DNA of 61,457 bases from Candidatus Thalassarchaeum sp. (lineage in GTDB: Archaea; Thermoplasmatota; Poseidoniia; Poseidoniales; Thalassarchaeaceae), in contig JAKUOA010000008.1 in the NCBI GenBank assembly GCA_022451235.1, positions 49,584 through 111,040 on the forward strand, read 5' to 3'. The notes under the pieces were generated by a model that saw nothing but the letters and a program-made list of their open reading frames with translations, was not told where the DNA came from and ran no database searches. The stretch's first letter is position 1; each line of letters opens with the position of its first letter. The translations under genes were made by a program, and so were the position numbers. Shown in pieces: positions 45,540 through 53,462 of the stretch.

Positions 45540-46448
45540 TTAAGAAAGACCACTGACCACAGCAACTAATCGCAACCTACCCACCATTTCATCACTTGCG
45601 CGTGCACCCAAAATTACCTGACAATCGGGGTGTAAAGAACTGACTAATGATTCACTCAATTGGTTTAGGTGAGACAACGTCATATCCGGGCCTCCTTCAA
45701 CTTGTATCAAACAGCCCTTTGCGCCTGAAACATCTACTTCGGTTAACGGAGAACGTTTAGCCAACTCTACAATCTGTAAGGGGTCTACTACACTTCCCGT
45801 TCCGACAATTAGAGTGGCACCGCCTTGATGTTCCACAACTGTACGAAGATCCATTAAGTCGAGATTGAGTTTCCCTACCTTAGCCAAAGTAGTAACTAGG
45901 CCTTCGACCAAATCTTGAATCCAACCAGAACCTGATTGCCAATCCTCATCCCTAGATCTAGCATACCAAGCAAGTCTCTCCATACTGACGCGAATACAGA
46001 CATGTGATTGTTCTTCCAAAGCTGGTAATGTGGCATTAGCTATTGCGCTTCTAAGCGGTTGCTCGGCGAATGGTAGACCCGCGACCGACATCACAATACA
46101 ATTCCTAGTCCGGGCAATTCGTGCTAGTTCATTTGCCGCTCCTGAACCTGTGCCTCCACCTAACCCCGTCATTATGAACACTAATTCTGCTGTTTCCAAT
46201 AAAGGCTCGATTGCTCCAAGACCCTCGCTTAATCGATGCGCTGCAAGATTCGGGAGAGCAGCAGCACCACTTCCGTCTCCAACTGCATCTAGGTGCAGAC
46301 AATGTGCTTGACCAGAACCCCTGAACGAGGTTTCGTCAGCATCTATCAACAGAAGATCGGAGAGGTCTACGCACTTTTGGTGCGCTGCAACAGCCCATGC
46401 ACAACCAAGGCCGCCCACTCCGGCGATGAGTATCGCACCCTCGTGCAT
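45540..46448 (-). CDS. Divergent short FtsZ/tubulin-superfamily GTPase
   Basis: T1-like AGVGGLG, tubulin signature GLGGGTGSG, T7-like NLDLMDLRTV, FtsZ-like C-terminal domain (GAKGCLIQVEGGPDMTL). Only 302 aa, with no C-terminal linker or peptide. Confidence 0.7.
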   Translation of the reverse strand: MHEGAILIAGVGGLGCAWAVAAHQKCVDLSDLLLIDADETSFRGSGQAHCLHLDAVGDGSGAAALPNLAAHRLSEGLGAIEPLLETAELVFIMTGLGGGTGSGAANELARIARTRNCIVMSVAGLPFAEQPLRSAIANATLPALEEQSHVCIRVSMERLAWYARSRDEDWQSGSGWIQDLVEGLVTTLAKVGKLNLDLMDLRTVVEHQGGATLIVGTGSVVDPLQIVELAKRSPLTEVDVSGAKGCLIQVEGGPDMTLSHLNQLSESLVSSLHPDCQVILGARASDEMVGRLRLVAVVSGLS

Positions 46449-46487
46449 ATCTACTATTGGATAACTGACGTGCCTTCAAACTGCGGG

Positions 46488-46793
46488 TCAATCGTAGGTA
46501 AGATAACGACGATATCGTCTTCTTTCGTCTCTTGCCCAAGCATTGTCTGGTTCTATCTCAAGAACCATATCATAGTATTCAACAGCCTTCTCAAACTCTG
46601 ATAGATACCTCCCACTCATATGTCCTAAATTATTCAGAACTGGTACGCAATTTGGATGTTCTTTCAACATCCGTAAAAGTATCTCCTCCGCTCCGGAAAT
46701 ATCCAACACCTCCATCCTTTCCTCGGCCTCATCTAAAGAAGCGATTTGCTCGTCGCTCAGACGGTAGATATTCTTCCAAACAGGCCCTGCCAT
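46488..46793 (-). CDS. Small TPR-like repeat protein
   Basis: Helical repeat sequence (LNNLGHMSGRYLSEFEKAVEYYDMVLEIEPDNAWA). The internal ATG at 46793 is preferred over the track start at 46886. Confidence 0.5.
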   Translation of the reverse strand: MAGPVWKNIYRLSDEQIASLDEAEERMEVLDISGAEEILLRMLKEHPNCVPVLNNLGHMSGRYLSEFEKAVEYYDMVLEIEPDNAWARDERRRYRRYLTYD

Positions 46794-46869
46794 AAATCGG
46801 ACGAGGTAGTGATTTGGTTTGAGTTTTCTCTGCCAGAGATTGCTGCGAAATATTGTCCAAAAAATAAGC

Positions 46870-46884
46870 GACCCCGAAGGGGTC
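46870..46884. promoter_or_regulatory. Perfect 6-3-6 palindrome GACCCC-GAA-GGGGTC upstream of the Rieske/cyt b operon
   Basis: Read directly. Lies 57-71 nt upstream of ATG 46941, preceded by an A-run, in the divergent spacer. Confidence 0.3.
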
Positions 46885-46940
46885 AAACTGAAACCTTGAT
46901 AGCCCTCAAACGGCTGGAATGGAATACGGGCAGAGGTCTA

Positions 46941-47759
46941 ATGATGAGAGCGCATCTACCGACCTTTCATCGGCTTGTAGTTCTGGGCTGTTTTGCCATA
47001 TTATTGGCCGGTTCAACACAGGGATATTCGAACGGAATTGGTGGTGATGAAAATGGCGACGGGGATGTGGCTCTTGCAGGTTGTACCTGCCACAATGAAT
47101 TACCCGATAACTCAGTGACTGTGATATTGGATGGACTACCATACCATTATTCTGCAGATACAACTTACCAACTTACCATTCAATTAATTGGAGGCCCCGA
47201 TATCGATTCATCTTCGAACACCGGTGGTTTCGCCATGAGGGTGACCTCAGGCTCGCTAGCAGGTGCAGACGGGTTCGAGACCCTGGTACAGAATTGGGAG
47301 GATGATGTGACTAGCTTAACTCATTCAGGTGCCGGTGCTGAAATTCCAGACAGGACTTGGATGATTACTTGGACAGCACCTGAAAACGGAACAGGGGCTG
47401 TAACCATTTGGTTAGCAGGAAACTCCGTTAATGGAGACGGTATTCCAAGTGAACTCGATCGATGGAATCGTCTTTCAATATCGTTGGAGGAAGGGGAAGA
47501 CTCAGGAGATACAAGAACCGTTTTCAGCGGAAATGGTGAGATTGAACCTCCTGCCCCGGTAGAATCTCATGTAGATCTTCACCACATGGGTGCTAAGCTT
47601 AGAGCTCATTGGTTAGGGTTACTTGGATTTGCTGCAGTTATCTTGGTTATTGTGTTCTGTGGATTTTTCTTAAGGTATGGGTTCTCTAGACATTACGTCG
47701 GAAGAAGCAATTTGCTAAAATTACGAATCAAGCACCTACGCCGAGGTGATCAACTATGA
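46941..47759 (+). CDS. Exported beta-rich protein with a C-terminal TM anchor (reeler/DOMON-like?), first gene of the Rieske/cyt b cluster
   Basis: The ATG at 46941 (MMRAHLPTF...) gives a signal peptide. GCTCHN motif near the mature N-terminus. C-terminal TM LGLLGFAAVILVIVFCGFFL. Confidence 0.55.
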   Translation: MMRAHLPTFHRLVVLGCFAILLAGSTQGYSNGIGGDENGDGDVALAGCTCHNELPDNSVTVILDGLPYHYSADTTYQLTIQLIGGPDIDSSSNTGGFAMRVTSGSLAGADGFETLVQNWEDDVTSLTHSGAGAEIPDRTWMITWTAPENGTGAVTIWLAGNSVNGDGIPSELDRWNRLSISLEEGEDSGDTRTVFSGNGEIEPPAPVESHVDLHHMGAKLRAHWLGLLGFAAVILVIVFCGFFLRYGFSRHYVGRSNLLKLRIKHLRRGDQL

Positions 47760-48205
47760 GAGACGATGTTGTGATGAAACTTCTGCGTGAAGTCAAGGCA
47801 GGCAAAGTCAGTGTAGAGGACGCCCGCGATGCGCTGTCTGAAGTTGAGTTAAGTGAGGATGCTTACCAGAACGCTGTAGACCATGGAGTATTCAATGACC
47901 CAGAACCAGGGACGATTATTCGTGCCAGTATTTCACCATCTAGTGATTCTTGGCTTGTCATCATGTTTGCTATGTGGGGCATTCTATGGACTCTATATTG
48001 GGCTGGTACGCTTTCTTATGGATTGTACAACCATTGGGATCAGCAGCGATTATCCTTCCATCTTGCGATGACTCTACTCACAGTAATTTTGATGGGAATA
48101 GTTTACCTGAGATTTGTAATGCCTGATGTAATTATTGTCAAGCATAGAAGAAACAAATACATTACTTCAAACGACCCGGATGGGTGGAAGCAGTACGAGG
48201 TGTGA
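47756..48205 (+). CDS. Two-helix membrane protein with a soluble helical N-terminus
   Basis: 4-nt start/stop overlap with the upstream gene; its stop directly abuts the Rieske start. Confidence 0.5.
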   Translation: MRDDVVMKLLREVKAGKVSVEDARDALSEVELSEDAYQNAVDHGVFNDPEPGTIIRASISPSSDSWLVIMFAMWGILWTLYWAGTLSYGLYNHWDQQRLSFHLAMTLLTVILMGIVYLRFVMPDVIIVKHRRNKYITSNDPDGWKQYEV

Positions 48206-49066
48206 ATGATGGCGCGAAGATTTCGACTAAGGCCCCTTCCCAGTGACGATGAAAACTGGTGGGAAGAGTCGAATCCTGCTATTGACCGAAGGGAATTTAT
48301 GCGCCACTCATTCAATACTGCAGCCGGGGTTATTACTATGGCTAGCCTTGGTAGTATCGGGTTTGCTTCACTGCTAATGGGTACTGCCGAGTCTTCCGGA
48401 GGAGATTCTGCTGTTAGATTCTGGGTGCCTACCGGTGCGGAAGATTCCGCTTGGTATGGTGACCGTCATCTCGAACCAATGAATTACTCTGCTTTTGTTG
48501 AAGCTGCTGCAAACAGTGGAACCGGTATGTCTGGAGCACAAGGAGTATGGTCTGGTATGCCAGTTAACGTGGTTTATGTCCCACACGAAGAAAACGTCTC
48601 AAAGGCATCGACTACAAATGTACCAAGGTTCCAATTTATGGACGGATACAATGAGAGTGGAAAATATATTGGAAGTGGTTACGAACTGGAAGAGAATCCA
48701 GATTATGCCTCATTGTCAATTCATGATAATCTGATTTTGATTTTCTCCCGTTGCACTCACCTTTGTTGTATCCCAGGCTGGCAACTTGTGAAAAATGATT
48801 TCACAAATGACCAATGGACTCCAAACGCTGTTGACGCGGGTGGAAACAAATTATTCTGTATCTGTCACTCTAGTAGATTTGACCCTACGGCTATAGAGAA
48901 AAACCGTAGTAGAAATAGATCATCTGGTGCGGAATTTGACTTCGTTGGAATTCGTAGAACGGGAGGCCCCGCACCCTATGGTTTGCCATTAATTCCTTGG
49001 GTAAAGTCCGGAGATATTATCGAAGCTCTGCCAGACTTTATCGATTGGTACACATATTGCGATTGA
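48206..49066 (+). CDS. Rieske [2Fe-2S] protein, Tat-type signal anchor
   Basis: DRREFMRHS twin-arginine-like motif plus hydrophobic helix. Cluster boxes CTHLCC and CICHSS. Confidence 0.85.
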   Translation: MMARRFRLRPLPSDDENWWEESNPAIDRREFMRHSFNTAAGVITMASLGSIGFASLLMGTAESSGGDSAVRFWVPTGAEDSAWYGDRHLEPMNYSAFVEAAANSGTGMSGAQGVWSGMPVNVVYVPHEENVSKASTTNVPRFQFMDGYNESGKYIGSGYELEENPDYASLSIHDNLILIFSRCTHLCCIPGWQLVKNDFTNDQWTPNAVDAGGNKLFCICHSSRFDPTAIEKNRSRNRSSGAEFDFVGIRRTGGPAPYGLPLIPWVKSGDIIEALPDFIDWYTYCD

Positions 49067-49076
49067 AGGTGAGAAA

Positions 49077-49943
49077 ATGTTACAATTCTGGTTTTTGTGG
49101 ATATTCATCGCACTTATTGTTGTGATAGTTGCATTCACTCTCCGCAAGGAGCGAGAGGATATGCCTCGAAAGGAGATCTTGCGGGCTGTGGAAACAAGTG
49201 CTGGAAGTATGGGGCTAGCTGAGAAATCATTCCTCTGGGCTTTCTCGTGGTTAGACACTCGATTTAGAATTCAAGATTATTGGGGCATGAGCAGAGACGC
49301 CTACTACAGTGTTCATCGCCAAATGCCACTTACTCATGCTGAAAAATACAAACTTCGGATTATTTGGTATTGGTATCCATTATATTGCCTAGGTGGAATA
49401 TCCTTCCTAGCCTTCGTTATTCTAGTAATCACAGGAGCAATTCTAGGGCTCTATTACGTCCCAGGAGGTGAGGGCGACCCCACTCCTGCCTATTCCTCTA
49501 TGGAATTCATCATGACTCAATTGCCATTTGGTTATATCATTCGATCTATTCACCATTGGACTACGCACTTCATGGTAGCCGCCGTATTCCTGCATATGTG
49601 CAGAGTTTACTTCACTGGAGCATACAGAAACCCTCGTGAGTTGAACTGGCTAATCGGAGTCGCTCTGATGTTCTTCACCATATTTTTTGGATATTCAGGA
49701 TATCTCCTCCCTTGGGATAGTCTAGCATTCGGAGCAGCAACAATTGGAATCAACATGGCAAACTCTACTCCATTGATTGGTGGATGGATTGCGACTGCTA
49801 TGTTTGCAGGAACATCACTCTCTGGTCAAACTGTTACCCGAATGTACTTCCTGCACGTATTCATCTTACCAGTTGTGGTAACAACACTGATTCTAGCCCA
49901 TTTATTCATCGTATGGGTACAAGGAATTGCGGAGCCACATTGA
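49077..49943 (+). CDS. Cytochrome b6-type (N-terminal four-helix cytochrome b)
   Basis: Helix B pair IHHWTTHFMVAAVFLH has 13 residues between the histidines. Helix D pair FLHVFILPVVVTTLILAH has 14. GYLLPWD motif. YCLGG motif near the N-terminus. Confidence 0.9.
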   Translation: MLQFWFLWIFIALIVVIVAFTLRKEREDMPRKEILRAVETSAGSMGLAEKSFLWAFSWLDTRFRIQDYWGMSRDAYYSVHRQMPLTHAEKYKLRIIWYWYPLYCLGGISFLAFVILVITGAILGLYYVPGGEGDPTPAYSSMEFIMTQLPFGYIIRSIHHWTTHFMVAAVFLHMCRVYFTGAYRNPRELNWLIGVALMFFTIFFGYSGYLLPWDSLAFGAATIGINMANSTPLIGGWIATAMFAGTSLSGQTVTRMYFLHVFILPVVVTTLILAHLFIVWVQGIAEPH

Positions 49944-49958
49944 TTGGAGGATGATTAC

Positions 49959-52730
49959 ATGGGAATGATCGATAGATTTGGCCGAATCGCAGACACCTAT
50001 GTCCGCGAAAAAAGTAGCCTTTTGGAATCTGAAAAAGAACGTAGGCGTGTCCATATGGGCCACGCATTTTGGCCAACAGAGGTTCTCCGTGATACAATCA
50101 TCTTTGCATCTATGTTGATGGTCCTATGTTTCTATTGTTGGTTAATCCCCCCGCCGCTGCACAGTGCTGCCGATCCATTTGCACAAGCTGGGTTTGTTTT
50201 CCCAGATTGGTATGTTTTATTCTCTTACGGATATTTGCGATGGGGAGAATATCTACCACAATTCGTCATTCCTGCTGGCCCAATTGGAGAATTCCTGGGC
50301 TCACCTGTAATCTCATGGAATGCGGCTTGGTGGGGAGCAGCCCTTACTGGAATTCCAGTCGGTATCCTAGCACTTCCACCTTTCTTACCTGGACGCGAAA
50401 AGAGAGGTGTCGAGGACCCATGGTTTGCAACTGCTGGAGCAGTGTATCTTGCCCACGTCTGGTTTATCTCTGTTTATTCCATCAACATCTTCCTAGAATT
50501 ATACGCCAAAGATAGGACGGATTATTGTTGGGCTAATTCAAAACATATTTTTGACTGTGGAAGACAGGCACCATGGACAGCAGAAGTATTCAATGCGGTA
50601 CCTTGGATTCTTACTGGAATTTTCATCTTTGCTGTGTTATTTTTCAGTATAAGATGGTTCCTTGTCAATTCCATCGGTGCTAGATTGACGCCTTCTATGG
50701 GTAAGCAAGTTGCGGTTGGCTCACTAATCATCGCTGTATTAATTTCAGCAGTAACTTGGCCGATTTACGAAGGTGGTTTCTGGGATTACGGAGGCCTTGG
50801 TGCAATGGATGATATCGAGGAATTAGAAACCATGCGGGGCCAACCATCTGATACTCTAGTATACTACGAAAAAGGTGACGATTGGGAAGATTGGGAAGAT
50901 GAATGTCTAACTTTCTCCGAATCAGCAGACCTAGGTGTTTGGCAGACTTTGGATGAAGATTATGATCCCGAAAAATGGTGTGTTATACCAGCTGTACACT
51001 GGTCAAATTGGGGTGTCTACCAACCAACACAATCTCTGATTATCGACTTTGAAGGATTCAACGACCATTCATTCGAAGGGAAAAACTCAGCAGGTGAAGC
51101 CGCTGAATATATCGGAACAAACGAGGGTACTAGTATTAGCTATTCATGGAGTGACATAATAGAAATCGAAGACTTGGGGGTTTCTTCCATCTTCGTTGAT
51201 GTAGGGTGTAATTTCCGAACCACGGAAAGAAATGCAGGAACTCACACTCAGGACTTGACGCTTTCAAACGATGCAGGTGAAATTCTCTGGTCAGCAGAGG
51301 ATTCTTGCGATAGTACAACACTAAAATTGACTCCAGGAACTTATCTCCTAGATTTCCAAGTCAGTTCGAGTGGAGTGAATGAATCTGTCACAATGATTAC
51401 CGATTATTCAGCTGTAGCTTTCCAACCCCTTCTACTAGATGAAAATGGAGCCGCAGCAAATCGTGCCGCCCTCCCCGTTGGTAGCGACTTATCGACTATG
51501 ACTTTGGAAAATCCAACTTTCGAAAAGAATCCAAAAAGTCTGGATGCAAAGTTAACCTATTCGATATTCGTTCCTTGTTTAGGTGTTGGTGCAATGGTCT
51601 TTATGCTTATGAGAAGCATGGCAAGAGGTTACGAATGGGAAATGAACAAGTGTTATGGTTGTGATTTGTGTGATGATGCATGTCCTGTGAGATTGTTCAA
51701 TGCAGGTGATAAGTTGAATATTATTTACAATACTTGGAACAATGAAGATGATGGAGTTCCGCTGTATTCTTGCCTGACCTGTACTGCTTGCACGAACGCT
51801 TGTCCTCAATTGGTAGATTATGACTCATACATAGATATTCGACGTAACCTAATCGTAGGTGGCCCGCCAGCTGCTGAAATACCTCACAGTATTCTTCAAG
51901 CAGTATTGGCGGCGGAAGCGGAAGAGGATGCAGATGTAGAGTTCATTCCAGTTGAAGAATATCCTATCGACTCAAGCGTTGGATATTACCCTGGTTGTGT
52001 AGATTACATCGATCAAGAAATGATATTTAGTCACGTGAATGAAGGTGAGATGAATCTAGGTGAGACAACATCCGCTGCGTTCACTATCTTTGATGAAATG
52101 GGTAAGGATGTAACCTACCTTGGTAGAGATTTCCTAAAGTGCTGCGGTCACGACCAAAAGTGGCAGGGTATGACAGAGGTATTTGAGAAACTCAAGGCGT
52201 ACAACCAGAAGAAACTTGGAGAGAGCGGAATAGACACACTGGTTACATCTTGTGCAGAGTGTTTCCGTACCTTTGCTATGGATTACGAACTTGAAGAAAT
52301 GAAGGTTATGCATACAACTGAGTATCTAATTGAAAATGGATTCGAAATGGATCTGGCTGTCTCCGAAGATGTAACTGTCACATACCACGACCCATGTCGT
52401 CTAGGTCGCCAAATGAACATCTATGATGAACCTAGAGACCTAGTTAAGGCGGTAGATGGAGTTGACCTAGTGGAGATGGAACACACCGGAGAAGATGCCC
52501 TATGCTGTGGAGTCTCTAGCATGATGTCGTGTAACGAGAATAGCCGTGCTTTGCGTCTAGAACGATTTGATGAAGTAAAAGCCACTGGAGCTGAAATCAT
52601 GCTAACAAGTTGTCCGAAATGTGTCAGCCACTTTGAGTGTCTGAAGTTTGAAGGCGACCCTAGACACGACTTCGAAATTCTCGATGTAGTATCTTTCCTT
52701 GCCAGACAGATTGAGACAAAACGGCAATAA
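49959..52730 (+). CDS. Fusion: cytochrome b C-terminal/subunit IV-like membrane domain + extracytoplasmic domain of about 270 aa + TM + 2x[4Fe-4S] ferredoxin domain + two CCG cysteine-rich domains (HdrD/GlpC-like)
   Basis: PDWYVLFSYGYLRW (PEWY-type). Six predicted TM helices. CYGCDLCDDACP and CLTCTACTNACP. PGC...KCCGHD...SCAECF and DPCRLGR...LCCGVS...SCPKCV. The ATG at 49959 is preceded by GGAGGATGA. Confidence 0.85.
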   Translation: MGMIDRFGRIADTYVREKSSLLESEKERRRVHMGHAFWPTEVLRDTIIFASMLMVLCFYCWLIPPPLHSAADPFAQAGFVFPDWYVLFSYGYLRWGEYLPQFVIPAGPIGEFLGSPVISWNAAWWGAALTGIPVGILALPPFLPGREKRGVEDPWFATAGAVYLAHVWFISVYSINIFLELYAKDRTDYCWANSKHIFDCGRQAPWTAEVFNAVPWILTGIFIFAVLFFSIRWFLVNSIGARLTPSMGKQVAVGSLIIAVLISAVTWPIYEGGFWDYGGLGAMDDIEELETMRGQPSDTLVYYEKGDDWEDWEDECLTFSESADLGVWQTLDEDYDPEKWCVIPAVHWSNWGVYQPTQSLIIDFEGFNDHSFEGKNSAGEAAEYIGTNEGTSISYSWSDIIEIEDLGVSSIFVDVGCNFRTTERNAGTHTQDLTLSNDAGEILWSAEDSCDSTTLKLTPGTYLLDFQVSSSGVNESVTMITDYSAVAFQPLLLDENGAAANRAALPVGSDLSTMTLENPTFEKNPKSLDAKLTYSIFVPCLGVGAMVFMLMRSMARGYEWEMNKCYGCDLCDDACPVRLFNAGDKLNIIYNTWNNEDDGVPLYSCLTCTACTNACPQLVDYDSYIDIRRNLIVGGPPAAEIPHSILQAVLAAEAEEDADVEFIPVEEYPIDSSVGYYPGCVDYIDQEMIFSHVNEGEMNLGETTSAAFTIFDEMGKDVTYLGRDFLKCCGHDQKWQGMTEVFEKLKAYNQKKLGESGIDTLVTSCAECFRTFAMDYELEEMKVMHTTEYLIENGFEMDLAVSEDVTVTYHDPCRLGRQMNIYDEPRDLVKAVDGVDLVEMEHTGEDALCCGVSSMMSCNENSRALRLERFDEVKATGAEIMLTSCPKCVSHFECLKFEGDPRHDFEILDVVSFLARQIETKRQ

Positions 52731-52798
52731 TTGCTTTCAGCGAAATCTGATATTCTAACCGTAGCCTTGAGAAGTCATGGCCGATAGCATCGATTAGA

Positions 52799-53131
52799 AT
52801 GACCGGAATACCCGACCTTGCAGCCCGTAGGTCTCGTGAGCAAAAACGGATTCGTATAATGATGAATGCTATGCGGGCAGAGGAACGTGCTAAACTAAAG
52901 GGAGGGGATGACGCTGTTGCTTGGGTTAAGGAGGAATTGTGTATAGGATGTGACCAATGCACAATTGTATGTGACGATGATGCCATCGAACTATATGACA
53001 CTCCATTAGCAAGCCCGATAATGGATGTTGATGTCAACCGTAAGGCAAGAGTCCTAAGAGATCCATGTACAGGTTGCAAATTGTGTGTTCTTGCTTGCCC
53101 CACGGATGCAATAATTATGATTGATAGGTGA
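52799..53131 (+). CDS. 2x[4Fe-4S] ferredoxin-type protein with a basic N-terminal extension
   Basis: CIGCDQCTIVCD and CTGCKLCVLACP motifs. Confidence 0.75.
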   Translation: MTGIPDLAARRSREQKRIRIMMNAMRAEERAKLKGGDDAVAWVKEELCIGCDQCTIVCDDDAIELYDTPLASPIMDVDVNRKARVLRDPCTGCKLCVLACPTDAIIMIDR

Positions 53132-53462
53132 TTTAATGACCGAGGAAGACCCTGTGAGATTTGGTGCGGAATTCGGACCGAAGAGAACTGAGAACTCTAC
53201 TGGAGTTTCTCTTTCAACCTTCAAAAATCTAGTTTGGATCTCCAATTTAGGTGGCTTAATTCTCTGCGCAATAGCACTAGAAATGATCATTACAGGTCAA
53301 TTTCAGTTAGGTCTAGTATGTATGGTCGCAGGTGTAATAGTGGCTCTATTTCCATCAAATTATGAGATAGTTGGCATGGAAACTATCCAAGGAGGAGATA
53401 TGGATGAAGAGGCGTCTGTGTCCGAAGGCCAACTCGGTCAGAAAGATGATGAAAATTGGTGA
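53121..53462 (+). CDS. Small two-helix membrane protein, acidic C-terminus
   Basis: Overlaps the ferredoxin gene by 11 nt. Two hydrophobic helices. Confidence 0.45.
   Translation: MIGDLMTEEDPVRFGAEFGPKRTENSTGVSLSTFKNLVWISNLGGLILCAIALEMIITGQFQLGLVCMVAGVIVALFPSNYEIVGMETIQGGDMDEEASVSEGQLGQKDDENW

Noticed and set aside
47040-47110. Possible c-type haem attachment site in the exported protein (GCTCHN)
   Set aside because: The spacing is CxCH, not CxxCH or any accepted variant (CxxxCH, CxxxxCH, CxxCK). I do not call it a cytochrome c, and the motif may instead belong to a reeler/DOMON-like fold.
50870-50900. Short tandem nucleotide repeat (gattgggaagattgggaagat) as a repeat element
   Set aside because: It simply encodes the acidic DDWEDWEDE stretch within the extracytoplasmic domain of the fusion protein. 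It is too short and is in frame, so it is not an independent repeat feature.
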